Assembly (NCBI GenBank): GCA_041178545.1
Contig: JBEGVB010000167.1
Location: 6,438-70,437 of the forward strand
DNA: 64,000 nucleotides
Source: Planctomycetota bacterium
GTDB taxonomy: Bacteria; Planctomycetota; UBA1135; UBA2386
Direction: 5' to 3'
Position 1 is the stretch's first letter. Each line of letters starts with the position of its first letter. The translations under genes were made by a program, and so were the position numbers. Below are positions 33,946 to 42,485 of the stretch, one piece after another. A model generated the notes under the pieces. It did not search any database. It was not told where the DNA came from and was given only the letters and a program-made list of their open reading frames with translations.

Positions 33946-35445
33946 ATGGTGAGCCCCGGCGCTGTTCCCCTGCTGGAGGTGCGCGGGATCGAGAAGTCGT
34001 TCCCCGGTGTCCGCGCCCTCGACGGCGTGTCGCTGCAGTTGCACCGGGGCGAGGTGCTCGCCCTCATCGGCGAGAACGGTGCCGGCAAGAGCACCCTGAT
34101 GAAGGTGCTGGCCGGGATCCACCGGCCCGACGCGGGCACGCTGCTGGTGGACGGGCAGCCGTGCACCTTCCGCGGGCCCGGCGACGCACTGGCTGCCGGG
34201 ATCGCGTTGATCCACCAGGAGCTGAGCCTGTGCGACAACCTCACGGTCGCCGGCGCGTTGTTCCTCGGCCGCGAGCTGCGCAACGGGCCCTGGCTGCGCG
34301 AGCGCGACATGGAGCGAGAGGCCCTTGCCGTGCTCCAGCGCGTCGGTCTCGACGTCGACCCGCGGCGCATCGTGGGCACGCTGGCGCCCGGACAGCGGCA
34401 GCTGGTCGAGATCGCCCGCGCGCTGCTGTGCAACGCACGGGTGCTGGTCATGGACGAGCCCACCAGCAGCCTGACGCAGGCGGAGACCGAACGGCTCTAC
34501 CAGGTCGTGCGCGAGCTGCGCGCTCGCGGCTGCGGCATCGTGCACATCACGCACCGGATGGCCGAGGTGCTGGAGCTCGCGGACCGCGTCGTTGCGTTGC
34601 GCGACGGCAGGAACGCAGGCGAGGTGCCGCGCGCGGAGGCCACCCACGAGCGCATGGTGACCATGATGGTCGGCCGCCAGCTCAGCGGCGGGCGGCGAGA
34701 GCCACATCCCCCCGGTTCGGTCGCACTCGCGGTCGAGGGCCTGCGCACTGCGGCACACCCCGACCGTGCGGTCACCTTCGCGGTGCGGGCCGGCGAGGTG
34801 GTTGGCATCGCAGGGTTGCTGGGTTCGGGCCGCAGCGAGCTGCTGCGCGCGGTTTTCGGTGCCGACCGCGCGGTTGCAGGCACCGTGCGTTGCGGCACCA
34901 CCCACCTGTCCCGCCATGGGCCTGCGCAGTCTGCGGCTGCGGGACTGGTGCTGGTGCCCGAGGACCGCAAGCTCCAGGGGCTCGTGCTCTCCATGTGCGT
35001 GCGGGAGAACCTCTCGCTCCCGACCCTTGCACGCAGGGGCGTGTTCGTGGACGGCGCCTACGAACAGGGGTTGTGCACCCGCATGGTGGAGCAACTCCGC
35101 ATCGCCACGCCGCACGGCGAGCAGGTCACCGGCGTGCTGTCGGGCGGCAACCAGCAGAAGGTCGCACTCGGCAAGTGGCTTGCCGCGGTGCCGCGGGTGC
35201 TCATGCTCGACGAGCCCACCCGCGGGGTCGACGTGGGGGCACGGGCCGAGATCTACGAGCAGCTGCACCAACTTGCAGGTGCCGGCCTGGCCGTGCTGTT
35301 CGTCTCGTCCGAGCTCGACGAGGTTCTGCGCCTCGCCGACCGCGTGCTGGTCATGCACGAGGGCCGCCTGCGCGGCGAGCTGGACCGCGCAACCATGTGC
35401 GAGGAGGCCATCCTCACGCTCGCCACGGGGAGAGACGTCGCATGA
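33946..35445 (+). CDS. Sugar ABC transporter ATP-binding protein (duplicated ABC domains, RbsA/MglA-like)
   Basis: Walker A 'GENGAGKST', 'LAPGQRQLVEIARAL' and 'VMDEPTSSL'. The second domain has 'GLLGSGRSE', 'LSGGNQQKVALGKWL' and 'LDEPTRGVDVGA'. Confidence 0.9.
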   Translation: MVSPGAVPLLEVRGIEKSFPGVRALDGVSLQLHRGEVLALIGENGAGKSTLMKVLAGIHRPDAGTLLVDGQPCTFRGPGDALAAGIALIHQELSLCDNLTVAGALFLGRELRNGPWLRERDMEREALAVLQRVGLDVDPRRIVGTLAPGQRQLVEIARALLCNARVLVMDEPTSSLTQAETERLYQVVRELRARGCGIVHITHRMAEVLELADRVVALRDGRNAGEVPRAEATHERMVTMMVGRQLSGGRREPHPPGSVALAVEGLRTAAHPDRAVTFAVRAGEVVGIAGLLGSGRSELLRAVFGADRAVAGTVRCGTTHLSRHGPAQSAAAGLVLVPEDRKLQGLVLSMCVRENLSLPTLARRGVFVDGAYEQGLCTRMVEQLRIATPHGEQVTGVLSGGNQQKVALGKWLAAVPRVLMLDEPTRGVDVGARAEIYEQLHQLAGAGLAVLFVSSELDEVLRLADRVLVMHEGRLRGELDRATMCEEAILTLATGRDVA

Positions 35446-36416
35446 AGAAGATCCTTGGGGTGCTGGGCCTGCTGCTTGCTGTCGTCGTCGCCACGACGGT
35501 CCTCTCGGCACAGCCCGACGGCACCTACACGTTCCTCAGCGCCTACAACCTGGAGAACCTCGCCCAGCGCATCGGGATGTTCGGCATCCTCAGCATCGCT
35601 GCGGCCTTCGTGATCCTCACGGGCGGCATCGACCTCTCGATCGGCTCGGTCGTGTGCGTGGCGGGGTGCATGCTCCCGTGGCTGCTGCGCGACGTGGGCG
35701 CAGACCCGCTGGTGGCCGTCCCTGCCGTGCTGGCGATGTGCGCAGGCATCGGGTTGTGGCACGGCATCCTGGTGGTGGGGCTGCGGCTGCAGCCGTTCGT
35801 GGTCACGCTGTGCGGACTGCTGCTCTACCGCGGCCTGATGCGGTGGTTCACCAACGACCAGACCATGGGCCTCGGCACCGGGCTCGACGGCCTGCGCTGG
35901 TTCGCCACCGGACGCATCCCGTTGTTCGCAGGCTTCTCGCTGCCCGTCGCCGCACTGGTCCTGCTCGCGGTGGCGGTCGTTGCCGCGGTGTTCCTCGGTC
36001 GCACGGTGTGGGGCCGTCACCTGTTCGCCCTCGGCCGGAACGAGGAGGCTGCCCGGTTCTCGGGCGTGGCGACCGGGAGGCTCACCGTGCTCGCCTACGT
36101 GACCTGCTCCCTGCTCGCCGGTCTGGGCGGAATCCTCTTCGTCCTCTATGTCAACTCGGCCACCGCTGCCAGCACGGGCAACTTCTTCGAGCTGTATGCC
36201 ATTGCCGGCGCGGTCCTCGGCGGTGTCGCACTGCGGGGCGGCGAGGGCACGGTGCTGGGCGTCGTGCTCGGCGCCGCGCTCATGCAGGTGCTCTCCAACG
36301 CCATCGTGTTGGTGGGATCCTCCAACCAGCTGGAGTTCGCCATCGTCGGTGGCGTCATCCTCGCCGGGGCCGCTGCTGACGAGTTGGTGCGCCGCTTGGT
36401 GCGGCGCCGCCGCTGA
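35442..36416 (+). CDS. Sugar ABC transporter permease (RbsC/BPD_transp_2 family)
   Basis: ATGA overlap with the ATPase gene. 'ILTGGIDLSIGSV', 'GRHLFALGRNEEAARFSGV' and 'YELYAIAGAVLGGVALRGGEGTVLG' are typical motifs. Confidence 0.88.
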   Translation: MKKILGVLGLLLAVVVATTVLSAQPDGTYTFLSAYNLENLAQRIGMFGILSIAAAFVILTGGIDLSIGSVVCVAGCMLPWLLRDVGADPLVAVPAVLAMCAGIGLWHGILVVGLRLQPFVVTLCGLLLYRGLMRWFTNDQTMGLGTGLDGLRWFATGRIPLFAGFSLPVAALVLLAVAVVAAVFLGRTVWGRHLFALGRNEEAARFSGVATGRLTVLAYVTCSLLAGLGGILFVLYVNSATAASTGNFFELYAIAGAVLGGVALRGGEGTVLGVVLGAALMQVLSNAIVLVGSSNQLEFAIVGGVILAGAAADELVRRLVRRRR

Positions 36417-36419
36417 GCC

Positions 36420-36782
36420 TCAGCGGAAGTGCAGGCCGCAGTCGGGACAGCGGTCCTTGCCGGCCGTGGCGAACCTCGTGCCGCACGCGGGGCAGTTGGT
36501 CTCGGCGGCATCGAAGTCGGCAGCGCAGTCGGTGGTGGGCAGACCCTCCCGCGCCAACATCTGGTCGAGGTGGCGGTCAAAGGTCTCCTTCGCCCTTGCC
36601 GCCTCGGCGCTCGCGACCGCGAGCCATGCCTTGGGGCTTCAAGCCGAACCGGGTAGCGGCCCGGTCCGCGAGCGGATGGCCGCCCGTTCCAGGACCTGCT
36701 GGATCTCACGCACGTAACCGGCCTGCCCTTGCAGCAGCACCACCATGTCGTTGCCGACGTCCATGACATGAGTATGGACCAT
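36420..36782 (-). CDS. Small DUF2007-like + C-terminal zinc-ribbon protein interrupted by an in-frame TGA (recoding candidate or pseudogene); absent from the ORF track
   Basis: Manual minus-strand translation gives MVHTHVMDVGNDMVVLLQGQAGYVREIQQVLERAAIRSRTGPLPGSA-TGA(36639-36641)-SPKAWLAVASAEAARAKETFDRHLDQMLAREGLPTTDCAADFDAAETNCPACGTRFATAGKDRCPDCGLHFR-TGA. GC3 bias stays high on both sides of the TGA. No ATG/GTG/TTG occurs in the 25 codons after it. A CPAC...CPDC zinc ribbon sits at the C-terminus. Confidence 0.55.
36609..36624 (-). other. GC-rich hairpin with GGUC tetraloop 14 nt downstream of the in-frame UGA (SECIS-like candidate)
   Basis: The mRNA reads UGA-AGCCCCAAGGCAUG-GCUCGC-GGUC-GCGAGC: a perfect 6-bp stem with the loop G-G-U at about +24 to +26 from the U of UGA. 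Confidence 0.3.
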
Positions 36783-36832
36783 GGTGCAACCCCGTGTCTT
36801 GCCCCGGGCTGCACGTGCGGCATCATCGGTGC

Positions 36833-37726
36833 GTGCGCATCGCCCTCGTCACCCGGAGCAACCTGCCCGACTGGGAGGTGGACGACCGCCACCTGCACGC
36901 TGCCCTCCATTCCCTCGGGGTGGCATTCGAGCGGCCGGTGTGGGACGACCCGTCGGTCGACTGGCGCGGGTTCGATGCCGTGCTGCTGCGCACCCCCTGG
37001 GACTACCAGGACAAGCTCGCGGCCTTCGTGCCGTGGGTGCGCCACGTCGGCTCGGTGACGCGGTTGTTCAACCCCGCCCCGGTCGTGCAGTGGAACGTGC
37101 ACAAGCACTACCTGCGCGACCTCGAGCGGTGCGGCGTGCCCATCGCGCCCACCGTCTGGCTCGACCGGGGAACCCGGGTCGACGTGGCTCGGCTCGTGCG
37201 CGAGCGCGGTTGGGACGCCGGGTTCCTCAAGCCATGTGTCGGTGCCACGGCGCGCGAGACGCTGCGGTTCGGGGCCGACCCTGCGGGGCTGCAGGCGGCA
37301 CAGCAGCACGTCGACCGATTGCTGCCCGCGGAGGACCTGATCCTGCAGCCCTACCTCCGCAGCGTGGAGACTCGCGGTGAGTGGTCCGCGGTGTTCCTGG
37401 ACGGCAGGCTCTCGCACTGCGTGCGCAAGGTCCCGGTGTCCGGCGACTACCGGGTGCAGGACGACTTCGGGGCGAGCGACGGGCCGTACCGACCCACGGG
37501 AGCCGAGCTGGAACTGGCGCACCGTGCAGTTGCCGTGCTCGGGGACCCGGACGGTCCGTGCCCTGCAGGCGGTGTGCCGCTGCTGTACGGCCGCACGGAC
37601 TTCCTGTGGCAGGACGATGGGAGCTGCGTGCTGACGGAGCTGGAGGTGGTGGAGCCGTCGCTCTTCTTCCGCCACCGTCCCGAGGCCGGTCTGGAGCTGG
37701 CGCGCGCGCTGCTGGCGCGGCTCTGA
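36833..37726 (+). CDS. ATP-grasp domain protein (RimK/glutathione-synthetase-like)
   Basis: A GTG start at 36833 gives 'VRIALVTRSNLPDW'. 'LLRTPWDYQDK', 'NVHKHYLRDLE..GVPIAPTVW', 'FLKPCVGATARE' and 'LILQPYL......GEWSAVFLDG' form an ATP-grasp fold pattern. Confidence 0.6.
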   Translation: MRIALVTRSNLPDWEVDDRHLHAALHSLGVAFERPVWDDPSVDWRGFDAVLLRTPWDYQDKLAAFVPWVRHVGSVTRLFNPAPVVQWNVHKHYLRDLERCGVPIAPTVWLDRGTRVDVARLVRERGWDAGFLKPCVGATARETLRFGADPAGLQAAQQHVDRLLPAEDLILQPYLRSVETRGEWSAVFLDGRLSHCVRKVPVSGDYRVQDDFGASDGPYRPTGAELELAHRAVAVLGDPDGPCPAGGVPLLYGRTDFLWQDDGSCVLTELEVVEPSLFFRHRPEAGLELARALLARL

Positions 37727-37795
37727 GCACCCGGAACCCTGTGCGTACGCACACCGGCCCGTGGCAGCATTCCGCGTCGACGCGACCTTGATGGG

Positions 37796-38824
37796 ATGAC
37801 CATCCACACTTCGTCGCCCGCGCAGGCCCGGTCGGTGGCTGCGCTGCGGCAGCTGGTGGGCAACACGCCCATGCTCGAGGTGCTCTATCGGTTCGACGGC
37901 CGGCCGCGGCGCCTGTACGCGAAGTACGAGTCGATGAACATGACCGGGTCGGTCAAGGACCGCATGGCCTGCCACATCCTCGCGGAGGCGATCGCCAGCG
38001 AGCAGCTCAAGCCAGGCGACACCATCGTCGAGGCCAGCTCGGGCAACACCGGCATCTCGTTCGCGGCCCTCGGTCGCGCGCTCGGGCACGCCGTGCGGGT
38101 CTACATGCCGGACTGGATGAGTCCCGAGCGGTCCCAGCTCATCCGCAGCCTCGGTGCCGAGGTCGTGCCCGTGAGCCACGCGCAGGGTGGCTTCGTCGGC
38201 TCGGTGCAGATGGCGGAGAACGAGGCCCGTGGGCGTCCCGACGTGTTCCTGCCGCGCCAGTTCGAGAACCAGGCCAACGTGCGCGCGCACGCGAGCACGA
38301 CGGGCCCCGAGATCCTGCTTCAGCTGGAGGCCTACGGGCAGCGGCCCGGGGCCTTTGTCGCGGGAGTGGGCACCGGGGGCACCGTGATGGGAGTGGGAAG
38401 GGCCTTGCGCGCTGCGTTCCCCAGGGTGCGCGTGCACCCGCTGGAGCCGGCCAACTCGCCCACGCTGCGCACGGGCCACAAGAGCGGCACGCACCGCATC
38501 CAGGGCATCAGCGACGAGTTCGTCCCTGCGGTCGTGGACCTCGAGTACCTCGACGACATCGTCGACATATGGGACGGTGACGCGATCCTCATGGCGCAGG
38601 CCCTCGCCAGGCAGCTCGGGCTCGCCGTGGGCATCAGCTCGGGCGCCAACTTCCTCGGTGCCGCGCAGGTGGTGGAGTCCCTCGGCTCCGACGCGGCGGT
38701 GGTGACGGTCTTCTGCGACTCCAACAAGAAGTACCTTTCCACCGACCTGTGCCGCGAGGAACCGGTGTTGGACCACTACCAGGCCCCGCGCGTCGAGCTG
38801 GTGGGCTTCCGCGCGGTGCGCTAG
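37796..38824 (+). CDS. Cysteine synthase / PLP-dependent CysK-CysM family enzyme
   Basis: 'VGNTPMLEV', '[16 protein letters not shown]' (PLP lysine), '[14 protein letters not shown]', '[22 protein letters not shown]', '[12 protein letters not shown]' and 'GISSGANF'. Confidence 0.85.
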   Translation: MTIHTSSPAQARSVAALRQLVGNTPMLEVLYRFDGRPRRLYAKYESMNMTGSVKDRMACHILAEAIASEQLKPGDTIVEASSGNTGISFAALGRALGHAVRVYMPDWMSPERSQLIRSLGAEVVPVSHAQGGFVGSVQMAENEARGRPDVFLPRQFENQANVRAHASTTGPEILLQLEAYGQRPGAFVAGVGTGGTVMGVGRALRAAFPRVRVHPLEPANSPTLRTGHKSGTHRIQGISDEFVPAVVDLEYLDDIVDIWDGDAILMAQALARQLGLAVGISSGANFLGAAQVVESLGSDAAVVTVFCDSNKKYLSTDLCREEPVLDHYQAPRVELVGFRAVR

Positions 38825-38833
38825 CCTCGGGGC

Positions 38834-39760
38834 ATGGAGCGGATCCGCGTGCCCGGCACCGGGGTCGAGTTGACGCGCCTCGGCTTCGGCACGTGGCGCA
38901 CGGTGTCCGACGGTGCCGGTGGAGGTGCCGGCCTGGCCCTGCTGCACCGAGCCCACGGTCTCGGCATCCGCTTCTTCGACCTCGCCGACGTCTATGCGGA
39001 GGGCGGTGCCGAGCGGTTGTTCGGGCGGTTCCTCGCGGAGGTGCCGCGCGAGTCCGTGGTGGTGGGCACCAAGGTGGGCCTGCCGGTCGACGGCGAGGTG
39101 CGCGGGCGCGGGCTGGGTCGCGACCACGTGCTGCGCTCGGTCGACGCGAGCCTGCGCCGCATCGGCACGTCGTGGGTCGACGTCTACACCTGCCACCGCG
39201 AGGACCCGGCCACTCCGCTCGGACAGGTGGTGTCGACCATGACCGAGGTGGTGCGCAGCGGCAGGGCGCGGTGCTGGGGCACGTCGCACTGGGCGCCGCA
39301 GACCCTGCGGCGCGCGCATGCCCTGGCCCTGGCAACCGGCGGGGAGCCGCCGCGCGTCGAGCAGCCCGGCCTGAGCCTCCTCGACCGTTCGGCAGAGGCC
39401 GAGTTGCTGCCTGCCTGCGAGGAGCTGGGCATGGCAGTCACGGCACACAGCGTGCTCGCCGAGGGCCGGCTTGCGTGCCGCGCTACCGAGGCCGGGGAGG
39501 AGCCGCGCCTCCAGCGGCTCGCTGCCCTGGCGCGCGGCGCCGGGCTGCAGCCTGCCGCCCTTGCACTTGCCTGGGCGGTTGCACACGGAGGGGTGTCCTG
39601 CACCCTGCTCGGTGCCTCGCGCGTGGAACAGCTGGATGCGGCCGTGGCCGCCGCACAGTTCCGCCTCGGCCCCGGGCTGTTGCACGAACTCGATGTCGTG
39701 TTCCCGCCGCGCCAACGGCCGCGCTGGCTCCGCTGGCTGCGCCGGGTCCTGCGCGGCTGA
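38834..39760 (+). CDS. Aldo/keto reductase
   Basis: 'LGFGTW', 'IRFFDLADVYAEGGAERLFG', 'VDVYTCHREDP', 'GRARCWGTSHW' and 'VEQPGLSLLDR' are AKR family motifs. Confidence 0.85.
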   Translation: MERIRVPGTGVELTRLGFGTWRTVSDGAGGGAGLALLHRAHGLGIRFFDLADVYAEGGAERLFGRFLAEVPRESVVVGTKVGLPVDGEVRGRGLGRDHVLRSVDASLRRIGTSWVDVYTCHREDPATPLGQVVSTMTEVVRSGRARCWGTSHWAPQTLRRAHALALATGGEPPRVEQPGLSLLDRSAEAELLPACEELGMAVTAHSVLAEGRLACRATEAGEEPRLQRLAALARGAGLQPAALALAWAVAHGGVSCTLLGASRVEQLDAAVAAAQFRLGPGLLHELDVVFPPRQRPRWLRWLRRVLRG

Positions 39761-39818
39761 GCGGGGCGGGTCCTTCGGCAACCTTGACCGAGCAGGTTGC
39801 TGCCCTAGTGTTGCCCCC

Positions 39819-40604
39819 GTGAAGACCCCAGCGCACGTGTTCGATGTGAGTGCCGCCACCTTCCAGCAGACGGTGGTGGAGCGTTCGATGAAGATGCCCG
39901 TGCTGCTCGACTTCTGGGCGAGCTGGTGCGGTCCCTGCAAGACCCTCGGCCCGGTGCTCGAGAAGCTCGCCGAGGAGTACCAGGGGGCCTTCGCGCTCGG
40001 CAAGGTCGACACCGAGGCGGAGCAGGACCTCGCCTATGCCTTCCAGGTGCAGGGCATCCCGTTCTGCGTGCTCATCGAGCAAGGGCGTCCCACCGATGCC
40101 TTCCAGGGCGCACTGCCGGAACCAGAGTTGAGGAAGTTCCTGCACCGCAACGGCATCGAGCCGTTGGCAGCACCTGCAGGCGAGGAGGAGGCTGAGAAAC
40201 CGCCTGCCGTCGACCCCAACAGCCCTGCAGCCCGCTTCGAGCGAGCGCGTGCGGCAGCTGCGCGTGGCCGCGCTGCAGAGGCGCGCGAGGCCTTGGCCGG
40301 CTTTCCCGAGGAGGACCCGCTCATCGACCGGGTGAACCGCATCCTCGCCGGGTGCGAGTGGCTGGAGGCCCAGCTGCCGGAGAACGGGTCGCCTGCTGCC
40401 CGTGCGCTCGCCGAGGCACGTGCAGCCTTCGTGGCAGGTGCTGCAGAGCCTGCCATGGAACTGGTGCTGGATGCAGCCGCTGCCGACCGCTCCTTCCACG
40501 GTGGGCTGCCGCGCAAGGCAATGCTGCTGTGCTTCGCGGTGCTGGGCGAGGAGGACGAGCGCTGCGACACCTACCGGCGCAGGCTCGCCACGCTGCTGTA
40601 CTGA
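39819..40604 (+). CDS. Thioredoxin-domain + TPR-like co-chaperone (YbbN/CnoX-like)
   Basis: GTG start at 39819. 'PVLLDFWASWCGPCKTLGPVLEKLAEEYQGAFALGKVD' is a thioredoxin fold with a WCGPC active site. It is followed by a helical C-terminal half typical of YbbN. Confidence 0.8.
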   Translation: MKTPAHVFDVSAATFQQTVVERSMKMPVLLDFWASWCGPCKTLGPVLEKLAEEYQGAFALGKVDTEAEQDLAYAFQVQGIPFCVLIEQGRPTDAFQGALPEPELRKFLHRNGIEPLAAPAGEEEAEKPPAVDPNSPAARFERARAAAARGRAAEAREALAGFPEEDPLIDRVNRILAGCEWLEAQLPENGSPAARALAEARAAFVAGAAEPAMELVLDAAAADRSFHGGLPRKAMLLCFAVLGEEDERCDTYRRRLATLLY

Positions 40605-40625
40605 CCGACTGCGAGTGGCTTGCGA

Positions 40626-42356
40626 CTACTTGGGGCGCACGCCACCCGGTGCCGAGGGCTGTCCCGGTGCCTGGGGCTGTGCCGGTGCCGACGGCTGCGG
40701 CTTGGGTGCACCCACCGAGTAGACCTGACCACCACACGACTTTGCGATGCGGTCCAGCAACTGCATCTTGGCCTCACCGAAGCCGATGCAGTGGATGCGT
40801 GTGCGTCGGAAGGTGTTCATGCGCACCACGTCGTCGACGAGCCAGTCGTCGAGAACGTACGGGCCGTGGTAGACCAGCATCTCGGTGCGCGCCGCCGCGG
40901 CCCCGTACTCGGTGTCCACGACCACCTGGTCCTCGCCGTAGTCCTTGTCCTTGACCTCGAAGTCGTCCCACGAGGGAGCACCGTCGGACAGGAGGAAGAT
41001 GGTGTCGCAGCCCTCCTTGAGCGTGTTGGGGTCGACGTAGGCAGCCTCCTCGACCGTGCCCTTGCCGGCGAGGCCGAACGCGCGGCGCAGGCCCGAGTGC
41101 ATGTTGGTCTTGCCGCGAAGCACGCCGTCGGGAGCCTTCACCGGGTCCGGCTTCTCGGGCTTGATGGCGTCGAGCTCGGCGATCGCCTTGGCCACGTTGG
41201 CCTTGGTGGCGCGCACCATGCCCTTGGTCGACTCGAAGCTGCCGCTGCTGTCCCCGAACCAGACGATGCTGAAGTACTTCTCGCCGGACAGGCGCTGCAG
41301 CGAGATCTTGAGCTGCTCGCGGGCCAGGTCCCAGCGCGTCTTGATGACGGCCCAGGGCAGGTCGCCCTCGTCGGGCATCACTCCCTTGGGCTTCTTCTGC
41401 TTGGGGCCCGTGAGCGGACCGCTCGGCTTGACGCTCGGCGAGATCTCGCGGCACATGGAGTCGGACAGGTCCAGCACGTAGCAGATGCGCTCCCCGTCGC
41501 TCTCGATGCCGAAGAAACTCGGCCTCACGACCGTTCGTCCCGCAGCAGGAGCCTTCACGTCCCCGCGCTCCAGCAGTGCCAGCCACGACGCAGGGTCCAT
41601 GAAGGGGGCGGGTGCGTTGAGCAGCGGCTGCAGCAGCCGTGCGACCTGGACCTTCATGGTCTCGGTCAGGGCCACGTCCTCCGCGAGGAGCGAGATGTAG
41701 GCCCGCAGGCCTTGGCGGAAGGTCTCGTCGTTGACGCGCTTCGCGTTCTCGAGGATTGCCCCGGTCATGGCGCCCAACAGCACGACGCGGTCGGCCTCCT
41801 TCTCCTTCTTCGGGAACTCCGCACAGGCCTGCACGATGGCACCCGTGAGCTGGTCGCTCTGCGCCATCCCGAGCGCGAGGATGCCGCATGCGCGCTGCAA
41901 CGGGGTCTTGGCCCTGGTCGCAACCTCGAGCACGTCGGTTGCACCGCCGTTGCGAGCCTGGTTGCGCAGCGTGAGCACCCACAGCCACGCGTCGATCGGC
42001 TTGTCGTTTGCCGTGCGCAACAGCGCGAGCTGGGGCGCGAACTCCTGCCCGCCGAAGTCGCGGCCCAGCATCGTGGCCACCGTGTACCGCGTGTACTCCG
42101 GGTACTGCTTCGAGGTCTGGTAGTCCGTCTTCAGGATCTCGAGGGCCTCGGGGCGTCGGGACTTCGAGAGCGCGTCCCGGCCCTGCGTGTGGTAGCGGAA
42201 GGGCAACCGCTTCATGACCTCCCGGTATCGGGCGATCGCCTCCTCGTAGGTGGTGGGTTCGGTGGGCGCCTGCGCGACGGCAGGTGGTGCAGTTGCCAGC
42301 AGCGCAGCTGCGGCGAGCAACAAGCCGAGGGGACGAGTGGCGGGGCTCGTGGTCAT
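40626..42356 (-). CDS. Secreted helical-repeat + von Willebrand factor A domain protein (paralogue-like to 14428..16107)
   Basis: Signal peptide 'MTTSPATRPLGLLLAAAALLATAPPAVAQA' from ATG 42356. MIDAS motif 'YVLDLSDSM', then 'IFLLSDGAPS' and 'RIHCIGFGE'. The C-terminal tail is Pro/Gln-rich. Confidence 0.7.
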   Translation of the reverse strand: MTTSPATRPLGLLLAAAALLATAPPAVAQAPTEPTTYEEAIARYREVMKRLPFRYHTQGRDALSKSRRPEALEILKTDYQTSKQYPEYTRYTVATMLGRDFGGQEFAPQLALLRTANDKPIDAWLWVLTLRNQARNGGATDVLEVATRAKTPLQRACGILALGMAQSDQLTGAIVQACAEFPKKEKEADRVVLLGAMTGAILENAKRVNDETFRQGLRAYISLLAEDVALTETMKVQVARLLQPLLNAPAPFMDPASWLALLERGDVKAPAAGRTVVRPSFFGIESDGERICYVLDLSDSMCREISPSVKPSGPLTGPKQKKPKGVMPDEGDLPWAVIKTRWDLAREQLKISLQRLSGEKYFSIVWFGDSSGSFESTKGMVRATKANVAKAIAELDAIKPEKPDPVKAPDGVLRGKTNMHSGLRRAFGLAGKGTVEEAAYVDPNTLKEGCDTIFLLSDGAPSWDDFEVKDKDYGEDQVVVDTEYGAAAARTEMLVYHGPYVLDDWLVDDVVRMNTFRRTRIHCIGFGEAKMQLLDRIAKSCGGQVYSVGAPKPQPSAPAQPQAPGQPSAPGGVRPK

Positions 42357-42485
42357 GGGGGGTCCTCGCAGGCCGATGCAGCCTACCCGATCGACTCGCG
42401 GACGGGATGCCTCCACCGGGAGTGGATCCAGGTCGAGGGTTGAATCCGCATGAGTCGCGACCCACCCCCCGGCACAATCAAACCC

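Noticed and set aside
36146-40012. 1288-aa minus-strand ORF across the ATP-grasp, cysK-like, AKR and thioredoxin genes
   Set aside because: It is antisense to four recognisable plus-strand genes and has an Arg/Pro/Ala-rich translation. It also masks the real small minus-strand gene at 36420-36782, which lies in a different frame.
40620-42443. 607-aa plus-strand ORF opposite vWA protein 2
   Set aside because: It is antisense to a gene with a signal peptide and an intact MIDAS/vWA pattern. Its translation is Leu/Arg/Gly/His-rich and lacks motifs.
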